A model generated the notes under the pieces. That model saw nothing but the letters and a program-made list of their open reading frames with translations, was not told where the DNA came from and made no database searches. 64,000 nucleotides of DNA from Chrysomallon squamiferum (Eukaryota > Animalia > Mollusca), in contig CM022674.1 in NCBI GenBank assembly GCA_012295275.1, forward strand, positions 6,510,001 to 6,574,000, in the 5' to 3' direction. A program made the position numbers and the translations under genes. Positions 29,976 through 44,745 of this stretch are shown here, piece after piece (within the stretch, counting starts at the first letter, position 1; each line of letters begins with the position of its first letter).

Positions 29976-30834
29976 TTACTACTACTGCTGCTGCTATACA
30001 CCTACTATTATTACTACTACTATTGTTCCTAATTTCAATAATTATAAATAAATAAATACTTTCACATTACTATTACTGCTATTAGTAGTAATAATGGTAC
30101 TAATATTAACAGTAATAAGTAAATACTGCCATTACCATTACTATTACTATTACTATTACTACTATTACCACAACAACTACTACAACTACTATTACTATTA
30201 GTACTTCTACAACTACTACTTAAGAAGAAAAGCCAAAAATCGATGAATAAGTTGAAAGAAAAAATATGTTGCAGCCACATCAAGGATTTTTTTGTTTGTT
30301 TGTTTGTTTTCTGTTTTTTTTAAATTTTTTTGTGTTTTAAGATAAAGGAATCTTTTACAGAATCTATTACAAAGATTTTCGCGTAAACAGGAAAACTGCG
30401 GCCTTCGATTATATGATCCTAGTTGGAACGGGAAATATGTCAGCATGAAAGAGAATGATCACCAAAACATCGGAAATAACCGAAATATCCTTTCATCTTG
30501 CCTTGCGACAGAAGGTTCTTTGTTGTTCTTCGCATTTTTCACCTTGAATGACTTCACGTCTGCTCGCTTTCGAGACCTGCTGTTTTGTCACGTGATAGAC
30601 CCATTAATCAGCACTGACCAGTTGACCACACCGGCTACCTGACTCGACCCCTGGCTGACCACCATGGGTGGGTCTGGCTTGACTTCGGACAGGTCAGCTG
30701 GTCACTTTGCGATGCTGGCAGGTCAGAGAAACCTGACATTGAATAAAAGGAGGGGGAGTTTAAGAGAAAGAGAAAGCAAACAGAGACAGACAGAGATAGA
30801 CAGAAAGACAAAAGAAAGTAAATGGAAACAGAGA

Positions 30835-31400
<566 letters not shown>

Positions 31401-32167
31401 AAGAATGGCTGAAAGTGTAAAAGAAAACGTTTAACTGTAATCAAAATGTTTTATTGTATGGTAAATACTTGATGTCCAAACATATCTTTGTGTCTATACA
31501 ACAGCATTCTATTTTCTTTGTCTTTTTTCATTTTCTTTTTCTTTTCTTTTTTTTTTTTTTTCTTCTTTTTCTTTTTCTTTTTCTTTTTTTTTTTTTTTAT
31601 ATATATTTCTTTCTTTTTTTTTTCTTTTATTTATTTTATTTCTTTTCTTTTCCTTTTCTTTATTTCTTTATTCATTTTCATTTTCTTTTCTTTTTTCTTT
31701 ACTTTTCTTTTCTTCTTTTTTTTCTTCTTTTTTCTTTTATATATATTTTTCTTTCTTTCTTTCTTTCTTTTCTCTTTTTTTTAACTTTTTTTTTTTACTT
31801 TATAAAATAAAGTTTCGTCTTCTGTTTCCACAACGTCCCAATTTTCGATTGACCTTTGACACGTTTACACAGAATTTCTTCGCTAGCACGTGTGGCTGAC
31901 AGCACAAAGAAAAAGAGTGTCGCGTGCCAACACGCTTCACTGAACACGGAGATCACGAATGGCTGACTCGTGTACTTTAAATATTTCTACGGTTGAACTG
32001 TTCTCTGTTAAACCAAGTATAATCCTTGGTAATTAGATCTGATATCGTGATGACCATAAAAGCGTATGTTCATTTAAGTATAATTTACTGATTGAAAGTT
32101 GATCGCTACAAAGTGTCCCACACAGCAACAAATCCTTCCCTTTACAGAGAGAGAGAGACAGAGAGAC

Positions 32168-32226
<59 letters not shown>

Positions 32227-32229
32227 CAG

Positions 32230-32280
<51 letters not shown>

Positions 32281-32287
32281 CAGACGC

Positions 32288-32322
<35 letters not shown>

Positions 32323-32327
32323 CAGAC

Positions 32328-32394
<67 letters not shown>

Positions 32395-33464
32395 AATTTT
32401 ATCCATGATTAAATTAATTTCCTTTTTCTGACACTTCTTAATAATATATATATATATATATATAAAAAAAAAAATTTTTTAAAAATTAAAAAAAAACTAC
32501 TTTAGCTTCAACCTAAATATTAAATATTATTTTAAGCATTCCCTAATTTTAAAACTATTTTCATATTGCATTAAAATCTCCAGTACAAAAAGCAAAAACT
32601 TAAAATAACATTTCCGCAGCTTTTTAACTCGAAGGAGTGGTACAAGATTGGGGGGGGGGGTAATTAGGTCTCTTCCATTCATGAACATTTTCTTTCTTCT
32701 TCTTCTTTTTTTTTTTCTCTCGTCTTTTTATTTTACATTGTTCCAAATTTGTCATGATAATCACCAGCAACACATTTCTGTAAAGTCTTTTTTTGTTCTT
32801 CTTTTTTTTTTTTTTTTTTTCTATTTTTTTTTTCAAATTCTCTTATTTTGAAAATAGTTCTTACTCACAAAGAAAGGTTTGAAACGAAAAATAATCAATA
32901 TTATTTCTTCATTTAGGCTTATTTATAGAAAAGTATTAAAGCAATGGAGACAAAAATAAAAAATAATCATTGCCGATTCTACAGTTACCGAAATAAACCA
33001 AACCGCAAAAGAACGTTTGTGACGTCACCTTTGTCGTTCAAGGGAAAAAATTAAACAACATAAAAATAAAAATTTCTGAATCGGTAAAGGATTAACAAAG
33101 TCAAATATGGTATTCCAGCGGCGAATCTGTATAATAATTTGGAGGGTAATGCATCATCAACAACAACAACAACAAAAAAACAACAACAATAATACTAATA
33201 AGTGGTTATGGTAATGACAATGGTTTTGATGAAGGATGACAATATGTTGATGCTGGCTGTAACATCTATGACGTCGATAAATGATGATGACGATGATGAC
33301 GATGTGGATGCTGGTATGATTCTAATGATTCTAACAGCGGTTATGACAATGACGACAACGTTGATGAGGACACTTTATCGTTTAATAATTTAATATTCAC
33401 TTTGTGTCTGGTTTGCTAGTCATGGGACGTCTCAATTTACCAATAAAAAGGACAAACAAAGGAC

Positions 33465-33790
33465 CGATGAGGTGAAAGGTCATTGTGTGGTCATCGGGCT
33501 ATGACCCAACGAGTGTCCAAAACCATCTGTCCGAATTTCGGCATCGAACCAAAAGACAAGGGTTAAATTAAGGGACCTGTGTGCGGAGGTCAAATCTCCT
33601 GTGACCCAAAGGTCACGATGACCAGTCGACATTGCTTTGTGTCGTTCCCGTTTGAGAGAACACGGTTCAAAGGTCAGTTCCGGGTCGTTACGCAAGTTGT
33701 ATTACTGTAATAGTTGTTACAGCAGTGAAAGGAAAGATTACGTATACCAGTATTGCATGTGGTGACGTCACAATCAGTGTTCACGTCATT
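33465..33790. promoter_or_regulatory. Candidate enhancer: nuclear-receptor element cluster plus CRE
   Basis: DR1 AGGTGAaAGGTCA 33470-33482; ERE core GGTCAcgaTGACC 33611-33623; DR1 GGTTCAaAGGTCA 33664-33676; TGACGTCA 33763-33770. Confidence 0.55.
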
Positions 33791-33914
33791 TGGCACTGTT
33801 AAAAATATTTCCCAAACCTATACTTATCCACACATGTCGTCTGTTCTCTATATACTTTAAACACAACGTGTGTTCACTCTCTCAAAAGATGCAGATGGAA
33901 ACCAACATCAAAGA

Positions 33915-34001
<87 letters not shown>

Positions 34002-35792
34002 TGTATAATTACATATATTTTGCTGTTGTAATGAAAAATAAAAATGAAAAAAAAAAAAACTCGGTAAATTCTCAAAATAGCATCTTTCAGCTTTTAATAA
34101 TGCAACATTTCGAAAGCTGACATACTCATCTGATTTTATTTTTCATTTTTATAATTATTATTATTATTATCATCATTATCCATTTTTTTTTTTTTTTTTT
34201 TGCGGTTTTTCTCTCCAAAAGAAATTCTGAGAGGCTAAATTTAGTGAGAAATCCTCAGCTAATCTTATATCTGAAATAGGGCGGAGATTAAAAGTGGATT
34301 TTATTCAAAATGTTTCAAAAAGAATATTAATCAAATCAGAACTTCAATGAAGAACAAGGAGTGGTTTTAACAAAAATTTATTTTTAAAACAATTAGACTA
34401 ACATCAATTTTTTTTTTTAATTATTATTATTTCTTAACATTAAAAATAATGTAACCTTTACAAAAATAAAATAAATTAATATTTTTACGGATTAATGTAA
34501 AATTAGAAAAAAAGAATATTAAAGTACTTGAGATAACGTTTATGTAGGTAGATAGTTAAGTGATTGTGTGAAATATGTAAAAAAAAATTATGTATATGAA
34601 TATATTTGCGAATGTATGCATTATGCGTGCATGTATGTTTGTGTGTAAGAAAGTATTTGTTTATATATCTATATATGTGTGTGTGTGTGTCTATATGTAT
34701 ATGTATATATACACATACAGATGTGTTGTGTATGTGTATATGCACATACACTTTTGAATGTGTGAATGCATTTCATGTATGAAAATATGTATAACTGAAT
34801 GCATATATGAATGTGGGACACATTTATTTTTGAGGGAAACTTGTATTAGGCATGTTTGTATTTGGGAATTAATCTGTGTGTGTGTGTGTGCGTGCGTGCC
34901 TGCGTGGGTGCGTGTGTGTGTGATAATAAAACAACATGAATTACGAAAGTGAGAAAGAAAAAAGTATAAAAAAAAAAAAAAAATAAAATAAAAGAAACAA
35001 AAAACAAGAGAAAAGAGATACAACAAACAACAAAATTATCAACAAAACATATTTAATATTTATGCAAGGCAAATATAACAAAATATTGTTACCATCACCA
35101 AACGTATGACAAATTATAAATTGACGTAGTTCAGTACTTACGAAATAACTAAATATTGCATCAGTCCAACTGAACCTTTTCAGCCATAACCACATCACTT
35201 GGTATTGTGTGAACAGAATCATGTATGTAACATGGATTTGTTCATATTTATACAAATTCTTATATGTATACAGACACATGGAAACATGGATACCCAGATC
35301 CACACGCGCACACACACGTATATAAATATAAATATATATATGAACACACACACACACACAGACACATACAAAGATGTATATAAACAGATAAACACAAACA
35401 CACACAGACGTTTATGTATGTGAGAGACAGACAGCGCCAAACTTTATTTTGAACTACTGCTATTGAGACAGTAATGATGACCAACATTTATTTATGTTTT
35501 TTATACTATATCTTACCATCAACATTTTCTTCATAATCATCCACTTCATCATTATACAAATCCCTGTTTTGAATTCTGATTTCTTAAAATAGTGAACCTT
35601 TTCATAATATTAATTTTACAATTTGATGTAACATCAAAATAGACCAAAAGAAACAAACAGGATCTTTATCATAATCACCATAACCACCGTCATCATCACC
35701 ATCATCATCATCATCATCACTATCATCATCATCATCACCATCACTATCATCATCATCATCATCTATGAATTATTCTAGCAGAATCTCCACAA

Positions 35793-36039
35793 CTACAACA
35801 ACACGCACCACGACAACCAGTTGTTACTCTGTTGCTGCTCATTCTGTGCTCCTCCAACGTCACTGACATCATCATCAACATCACCATCATCGTCGTCGTC
35901 ATCGCCATCCACTTCACTGACCTCTGCCTCGGATTCTTCATCCGAGTCCTGTCCTGGCCGTGCAAGACTTGACAAGTATTTAGGTTGTAACAGTGAAACG
36001 CCATCATCATCGTCGTTGTCGTATCTATCACTATCAGGT
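35793..36039 (-). CDS. WD40/CaaX protein terminal exon 12 (acidic tail, CVLL-stop)
   Basis: ttctctcttgacctcag|A matches the phase-2 donor at 44110; open to TAG; D/E-rich, ends NNWLSWCVLL; linkage across the 8-kb intron is inferred from phase and strand. Confidence 0.75.
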
Positions 36040-36665
36040 CTGAGGTCAAGAGAGAAAGAAAAATATATTATTTAAAAAAAAAAAAAACGAAAAATATTGA
36101 AAATAAAACATATTGTTTTGGGGGGCGGTTTGGGGATTTTTTTTATTTTATTATTTTTATTTTTTTATACTGTATATGATTTAAAAGAATTACCTAAATT
36201 CATAAATTATATATATATATATATATATTCTTATTATTTAAGTTTATTAAGTAAAATTTTTAAAACAAATTATGTTATCTATGTTCATGAATAAAATATT
36301 AAAATACAGAAATTTCTGAATTAAATTAAATTTTAGAAAGATAAGAATATACACTTCATTAAAAAAAAAATATATATATATCTGAATGAAAGGTTAAAAG
36401 TTTCATTATTACTTCATAAGAAAATAATAAGATTTACTTTATGCAAAAGGTACAGTAATAATGAAATAACAATATTGTTATGTATTGTCGTTTTTAAACC
36501 AGTTAATTTAATGGAAATACATGTAAGCAACAAAGAAAAGTAACCCATCCATACATTGTTTCAGTAACATAAAATAATTTTACAAAACCAATAATTGGCT
36601 GTTTATAGAACAAATTTAGTGTTATCTGTGTGTTTGTTTGCATGTATGTGTGTGTGTGTTTTATC

Positions 36666-36702
<37 letters not shown>

Positions 36703-36722
36703 GTGTGTGTGTGTGTGTGTGA

Positions 36723-36780
<58 letters not shown>

Positions 36781-37218
36781 GATAGTTTCTAAAATCATAT
36801 TTGTTGATATCTATTAAATATGTAAATTCAAATCAACATCTATTAAATAAAATATAAATATATGTTTTATATATTCTACATATAATCATTATTATTATCA
36901 TTATTGTTATTGATATTATTGTTGATGTTACTGTTAATATCACTATTATTATTACTGTTGTTGCTGTTATTTATATTGCTGTTGTTGTTATTACAGTTTG
37001 TTGAAGATTTACAAGAAAGAACAAAAGAACAAAAGAAGTTTTAAGAAAGATTACGTCTCTCTGTTACTTTATCAGAAAATCAGGTTTATAGGTTTTCAAC
37101 ACAACTAGAAGATGGGAAAATAGGTCACTCTGTCTCTTACTGTCTTTCTCCTTTGTATTATTCTCTCTTACTTTTTTTCACTACCTCTGTCTTGCTCAGT
37201 GTCTCTTTCTCTCCAAAA

Positions 37219-37276
<58 letters not shown>

Positions 37277-37504
37277 TGTTTTAAAGTTTATTGTTATATA
37301 AAAAGAGATGCAGTGGTTAGTAAAACATATACAGATTCATTTAAACTGTTCATTATTAACTAAATACATTAAGATACTATCAACTGGTTTCATTGATTCA
37401 GACATACAGACATATGTACATACATACATACATACATACATATAAACATACAGGCACTCATACAACACATACAACATATATACATACATACATACATACT
37501 TACA

Positions 37505-37542
<38 letters not shown>

Positions 37543-37696
37543 CCTATGTGATGAATAAACACACATAGTGAGAAAGTTATTTTGATAGGAAATATATAAA
37601 TAAATTATAATTTAAAAAACAATAATATTGTATAATAAATGATGAGTCAGTTGATTCAACTGATTAATATTTAATTAATTTTTAAAATTAATTCCT

Positions 37697-37736
<40 letters not shown>

Positions 37737-38289
37737 GCATAAGTAGTAGTAATGATAGTAAAATGAAAAAATAATAGTAGCAGTAGTTAATTACCATCAT
37801 CATCATAATCATAATAAATAACAAAAATAAATAAAAATAATAAATACTTTACATCCTAAACTATTTCTCGTATATCATAAAAAAAAAAAAGAATAGAAAA
37901 GAAAAGTTAACGTTATAATAACAATCAATTAAATTTTTAAAATAAATAAATATAAAAATAAAATAAAATAAAATAATAATAATATCGCCGCATGCCAATA
38001 ACCTCATCATCAGTCAGAATAACCTTGAATAACTTTGAATAGAGCCTGTAGCCAAATACTTCGTTTTGATTGGTTCCTTTGTGTGTTCTAAAAATAGACC
38101 GTGACACGGTGACCCGCTTGGCTCACTGCCCCATATTAACATGCCTGTTGGGTGCACCGACCTTCGTTTTCTATCGGCAAATCGACCTCAGAATGTGAAA
38201 TTAGGATCTTTATAAATTATTCATGGAAAGTGTGTTATTGTTGTCATGTAGCGAAATGCTGACTTTATTATTTATAAAATTAATGAAAT

Positions 38290-38371
<82 letters not shown>

Positions 38372-39238
38372 GATGACGTAACTGTTTTGGTATTTGAAAT
38401 TACTGCGAGTCTGCTGTTTGGGTTTGACAAATGAATGATTTATGACAAGATATTTATACAGGGTAAATATTTCGATAAATACTATACTAAACAACACTGT
38501 AATGTACAGAAGAAATAATGAAAGAAAGAAAGAATAGCATTGAGTCAATGCTTAGCAGAATTAATATTTAAATACATGCAGTACTGGAGGAATCGGGGGG
38601 GGGGACAAAAAAAGAAGAAAAAGAAAAAGAAAAAAAAAAAAAAAAAAAAAAAGCCAGGGCAAGAAATCAAAACAGAAAAAAAAAAAAAGAAGGTGCAATA
38701 TGTTAATTTTTTAACTAAATACAATAACATGATATATATATATAATTATATTGTCTATTTATTATATATATAATAAATAGACAATATAATTAAATTTTCA
38801 TCTATAATTTATTACTTTTCAAAAAGATCACATGTAGGTGTGCGTGTTTAAAATTTCAAAGGCAAAAAAACGAAACATTAAAATGAATAATAATAATTAT
38901 AATTATCTTAAAAAAAATAAAATAATAAAATAACGAAATAAAAAATCCAGCTATTTAATTCACCCTAAATGTATACTGGCCCGTCCCGTACTGGCCCGTC
39001 CCGTCAAAAAAAAAAAAAAAAAAAAAAAAATCAATACGCCAACTAACATTATGGCGTGGCAGTTAACCTTTTTTGCAAGTCTGTATATTACGTTCTGAAA
39101 ATAAAACACTAGAAATAGACCAAGCACTTCGTGGTTTCTCTCAGTCAAAAGAGAATACCAGTCAAGATTTTCATCATACAAAGAAAGAACCTTGATAAAT
39201 AAATGAGATCCACTTGGACAAATGCCAATTTACTCATT

Positions 39239-39269
<31 letters not shown>

Positions 39270-41279
39270 CTGTCTAGCTTACGCAATTGAAAATGAATGT
39301 AGCCCAGTCTGATGTAATATGTATGTAACTACATCTGCGTGTGCTCATCTATATATTTATCTGTCAGTCTGTTTGTGCATGTTATTTTTGTGGGGGTTTA
39401 ATTTAAAAATTTTAAATATATATATTGTTGTTGTTCTTTTAATTTAGGGTTGTTTTGGGAATTTTGGAGTAGACTGGGGTTTTTTTTTTTTTTGTTTTTT
39501 TTCCTTACATTTTCTTATATTTATTTATTTTATTTAATTATTTATTTTTTTTTTTTTTTTTTCTTTGATAATAAATTGAGTGAATTTTTTATTTTGTAAT
39601 TGTACATAAAAAAATAATAATAATAGTAGACAGTAACAGAAATAATAATTAAGAATGAAAGAGAGAAAAGGAAAAGAGAAATGAAAAAGAAAATTCTTGA
39701 ACAACATTCACACATTTATATACATCATCTTAAACAAATTCATTACAAATTACATAACTAAATGAAAATTTTACTTCACAGATTTTTACGGAATGTGTAA
39801 CAATTATATTCTCCTTTCTCTACTCAGACTATTTAACAATAACATGAAGAAGAAATAAAAAATACAAATTTAAAAAAAAAATATAGAAAAGAAAGTGAGA
39901 CTGATAAAGAAAACAGGAATATTAATCAGACGAGTCTACGAGGCTGATAAGTCTAATTTAATTAGTCTTGATAAATCCAGACTCTTTCTCGCTTAGATCA
40001 GTCTGGGTCAATCTAGACTAATTTAGACTAATTTAATAATAATAATAATAATAATAATAATTGTGATAGATTACAATCACTAGTTTTATCCTTAAATCCT
40101 CTTTTTTTTTTAAATTTTGTTTCTTGCCATTATTAAAGAATAATGCAATACTCAAGTTTAAAAAAAAAAAAACAGACAATATTTGTCCTTGAAACAAAGG
40201 TCATGTCTCAAACCAATGGATACTTAAGTTAATTTTTTCTTCTTTTTTTCCATAAATCTGAATAAAAAAAAATAAATAAAAAAAATAAAAAATACAGACT
40301 GAATAAATGAATTTAAAAAAAAAAAGTAAAACAGAATTAGAAGTGATCTTTTAAAAACTATAAGCCAGAAATAGGAACTAACAAGCAGTGATACAGACAC
40401 AAATAAATATTTAAAATGAGAGAGAAAAATAAAGAAAATAAAACTGTCTGTATTACAGATAGTGTCAGCTAATCCTGTTATGCAGATTTCCTTATACATG
40501 AAAAAAGATAAGTTGGTAAGTGTTCACATAAAATAATCATTCTCTCTTCATCATCATCATCATCAACATCAAAGTGATTTCTACCATTATTAGTATATCA
40601 TAAACATACTAGTCATCATTCTTACTTTTATAATCATCATCATCATTATCTTAACTATTGACACTATAACCATCACAATCATCATCAATATTTCTAGTAT
40701 CATTATTACATAATCATTACATTTTCATTGCTGTTATTGCCACCATCATCATTACCATAGTTATCATTACCCTAATTATAGGTTTCATCATCTCATCAAT
40801 TTTCATTATCCTGATCAATAATTTTCTGCATTGTTCACTATCCTCATCATCAGTTTATATCATCCTTATCATCACTTTTCATCATAAGCATAATCAGTTT
40901 TCATCATTATAATTATAATTATCACTTTTCATCATCCTGAAAATTGGTTTTCATCATTCCAATCATATTTTCATCATCCCAATCATTCTGATCATGCGTT
41001 TCAACATCATGATCATCTGTTTTCATCACGTTTCAACACTGTGATCATCTCTTTTCATCATGTTTCAACACTGTGACCATCTCTTTTCATCATCCTAATC
41101 AGTCTCAACATTGTGATCGTCTACTGTCATCATCCTATTTTATCATCTTATTTCATACTGCCCAACAAATGACAGAGGGCAAACACGTCTATACAAAAAA
41201 AACTTAATTACAGTATGAAACATTAACATTACAATTAACATTATTAATCACAATAAGCATTGTTTGCAAATAATCCTTT

Positions 41280-41770
41280 GTGGGCAGTGTCTTCTGTAAC
41301 TGGAGTAATGTGGCTGAAGTTATATATATTCTCAGGTCCAAGTACATGTGCTGTCAAAAGAGGTTTATGTAATCTGTTCTTACAAAAACGGAAATAGAGA
41401 TAACCTGAGACATCTAAAGTCATTAATTGTAGAATATTTAAAGATGAGTTTAAATTACAATATTACCTGTTACAGATGCCAGCAAAAACTGCTATAACAT
41501 TGTGTAATTTCAGAACCAGTAATTTCAAACTTCCTGAAGAAACTGGTAAACAGTTCTGTATTGAAACAGAAGATAGAATTTGTCATTTGTGAAATTCTGA
41601 TATTGGTGACAGTTCAACTGTTTCTGACTTTACTTCTTTATTTATCTTTGACAGAAATAAATATATATTATTATCCATTTGGACCAAATGCAATAATATA
41701 TCAACGTTTATTTCTGACAACAAGAAAAATCACTTCTGTTTAAACTTTCACAATTTTTACAAATTGTCAC
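41280..41770 (+). mobile_element. Degenerate non-LTR retrotransposon (LINE) ORF2 C-terminal fragment
   Basis: Translates NCRIFKDEFKLQYYLLQMPAKTAITLCNFRTSNFKLPEETG...DRICHL*NSDIGD, matching the recalled invertebrate LINE tail YRIFK..FRTSNH.LPIETG..R.C..C...IGDEFH; contains a stop and frameshifts. Confidence 0.8.
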
Positions 41771-41811
41771 TGAGAGAGTCAGTCTTCCCAGTTAAATAAT
41801 AATTAATATGT

Positions 41812-41844
<33 letters not shown>

Positions 41845-43077
41845 CTTGTTGTGTGGGCTGTTTGTTTGTCTGTATATGAGTGTGGATATGCGTGTATGAG
41901 TGTGTGTCTGTGTGTATACGAGTGTGTGAAAGTGTTTGTTGGTGTATGCAAGTGTGTTGTTGTTTGTATATTTATGTGGGTGTATGTATGTGTGTATATA
42001 TGTGGGAGTGTGTTTGGTCTCTTATTTGTGTTTATGTTCAGGTGAAATGTCATACTTATTAATCATTAACCTTTAATTAACAACCTTATATTCACCATTT
42101 CATTTATTTTTCTTCTCTCAGCCTGTAACAACTTGCTAATTATTTACCTGCTGTAAGGTGCTAATTAGTTACCTCTAACCCAATTACCTGATCTTCATAA
42201 TTATATGTATGTTTATCTATGTCCTTTCTAGGATGGTATTTTATTGCCGTTAATATTGTTGTTGTTGTTGTTTTTATTATTACCATTATTATTATTGATT
42301 TTGATCTTTCTATTGTTGTATTTGCTATTTTTTTTTTGTTATTGTTATTATTTATCAATGATTATCAAAACAAAAAGTTTTACTTTAATTTAATTTACAG
42401 TACAGTATATCCATGAAAATAATTAAATGAGAAAGACAAGAGAGTCAAACACAGTGAAAACAACAATAAAAACACAAACAAAACCCCCAGATTCATTGAA
42501 AATGAAATATAGACTGACAGAAAAAAATCAATACAAACATTACACACACCTACATGCATTCATGCAAACATACACAAACACATGTAGACATACACACATG
42601 TACAAATGTTTTTAACTATTAACATTTTGACTGACTGTTTTGCTGATGGTACATAAAGAAGTTAAAACAGTTTAACAACTGTACATCATAAAGAGTTCAC
42701 TTTAATTTGATTAAAACAGAAAGGATTATAACACTGTGTTTGCAGCAACCTGATAAATTGAGAAAATCAAACTCAAAAATTTGGGTTTAAAATTGTTTGA
42801 AATGTATAAATATTTTAATTTTACAATATTACATTTTTTTAAATTTTCTTTTTATTAATGTCTGTGTGTGTGTTTTACTGAAAGTATTATAAATCTGATA
42901 GCAAAGTATTTGATTTTAGACTCTCTTCAAATTTTTGCTGTCTCTTTCAAAGGGTCAAAAATAAAGACTGAACATGAAGATACTTCTAATGATCATTTGC
43001 AACAAAGGGACATAACTACATCATTTTGTGACCAAAACTGCAGCTGTGAGGTGAAAATCTATCTGATTTAGGAAATG

Positions 43078-43275
43078 TGTATTTTAACCAGTTGAGATTC
43101 CTGTGTTTTATTAAATTTGTATTTTAAACTGTTGAGATTCCTATGTTTTATTAAATTTGTATTTTAAACTGTTGAGATTCCTATGTTTTAAATTTGTATT
43201 TTAAACTGTTGAGATTCCTATGTTTTATTAAATTTGTATTTTAAATTGTTGAGATTCCTGTGTTTTATTAAATTT
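43078..43275. repeat. 40-bp minisatellite, 5 copies
   Basis: tgtattttaaactgttgagattcct(a/g)tgttttattaaatt. Confidence 0.95.
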
Positions 43276-43600
43276 AATTTTGCACAATATTGTCAGTTTT
43301 AGTGGAAATACTGTCAATAGAATACTGTTTAATAATCCTATAATATATTTGGATAGGTTATGAATTTACAACATAAGAACAAACAAAAAATCAATTTTAT
43401 GGCATAACTAACATGTTATATTTCATTTCTATATTTGTTGTTTGTTTTAAGTTTTTTAGCTGTTGTATTTATCATATGCTAAAACAAAAACAAAAACAAA
43501 ACAAATCAATAGAAAAATGTCAGAAAATGATATAACTTTAAATATATATATTTATTTTATCAAACTGACTTTTTTTTTTTAATTTGTGGCTATGGTATCA

Positions 43601-43643
<43 letters not shown>

Positions 43644-44110
43644 GGGTGTGGTAAATAACATGATAAACAGATCTTTTGTTACATTACTAATCATACTCCT
43701 AATTCTGCTGAAATAAATGTAAATAACAGATAAATGTATATTCATTTGGGATTCACATTGCATTTATTAACTTGCCTATGTCACTGACATCCAAAAACAC
43801 CATATGTTTTACTAAGAGATGTATAACATAAGAATATATATAATATGCTGACTTCTATTTGGGGGAAAACAAATGTCCTTTATCACCTATATTATTTTTG
43901 TCAGCTATTTAAAAATGTAATTATATCAGTGTTTTAAAACAATCAAACAAATGTACGCACAAACAAACAATTATAGAGACAGAGAAAGAAGGAAGAACTA
44001 TGATTTTTTTTTTTTTTTAAAGGTGTAAATATAATGCATTTTAAAGCACACACACACACACACACACAGACACACAACACACACACACACAGACAGACAT
44101 GTGTACTCAC

Positions 44111-44264
44111 CTGTGAGGTAAAATTTCCCACAGTTTTAGTTCATCTCCACCAGAAATAACTAACGTATTTCCTGATTTTAACTTTGTACATGAAACACAC
44201 AAAATTCTGTTTGTTTTCTCATCATCCAAACTAGCCAAGTAGTCTCCCCTTGGAAGGGATCGAA
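44111..44264 (-). CDS. WD40/CaaX protein exon 11
   Basis: ttttcag|TT ... AG|GTGAGT; 154 nt; IRSLPRGDYLASLDD...LVISGGDELKLWEILPH. Confidence 0.88.
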
Positions 44265-44298
44265 CTGAAAATCAAGTATTTAAAGTTTTTGTATTATT

Positions 44299-44331
<33 letters not shown>

Positions 44332-44622
44332 ATTATTATTTTTTTTTTTTCATTGGTTACATCATCAAGATTGTTATAAGTTATTATTCCACACCTCCGA
44401 AGAGATAAAAATAACAATTTTTCTTCCTTTCATACTTTCATACTTTATTGTTAACAAAGATTGGTCTCCATTTCCAATAAAAGAACTATTTAAACTATAC
44501 TGCACCCACATTAAATGCCTGAACAAAAAAGCCTAATTCAAAAATGTCAAGTACTCAACTTTTTATAAAATGTCTATTAAATAATTAAAAATTGTAATTA
44601 TTATTGTAATTAAAATACTTAC

Positions 44623-44745
44623 TGTTGATGTAGCTGCGGCCAACGTCGATGTCGTAGCTGGATGCAATGAGAAGTTTGTTCATACAGCACAGGGCGTCTG
44701 TTGATGCAAAATCTTCTGTGTGGTTTGGAAGCTTTCTTGCCACAC
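44623..44745 (-). CDS. WD40/CaaX protein exon 10
   Basis: cctttcaag|GT ... A|GTAAGT; 123 nt; GVARKLPNHTEDFASTDALCCMNKLLIASSYDIDVGRSYIN. Confidence 0.85.

Noticed and set aside
42868-43071. 67-aa plus-strand ORF as a nested terminal exon
   Set aside because: Weak acceptor and no recognisable motif; could not link it in phase to other exons
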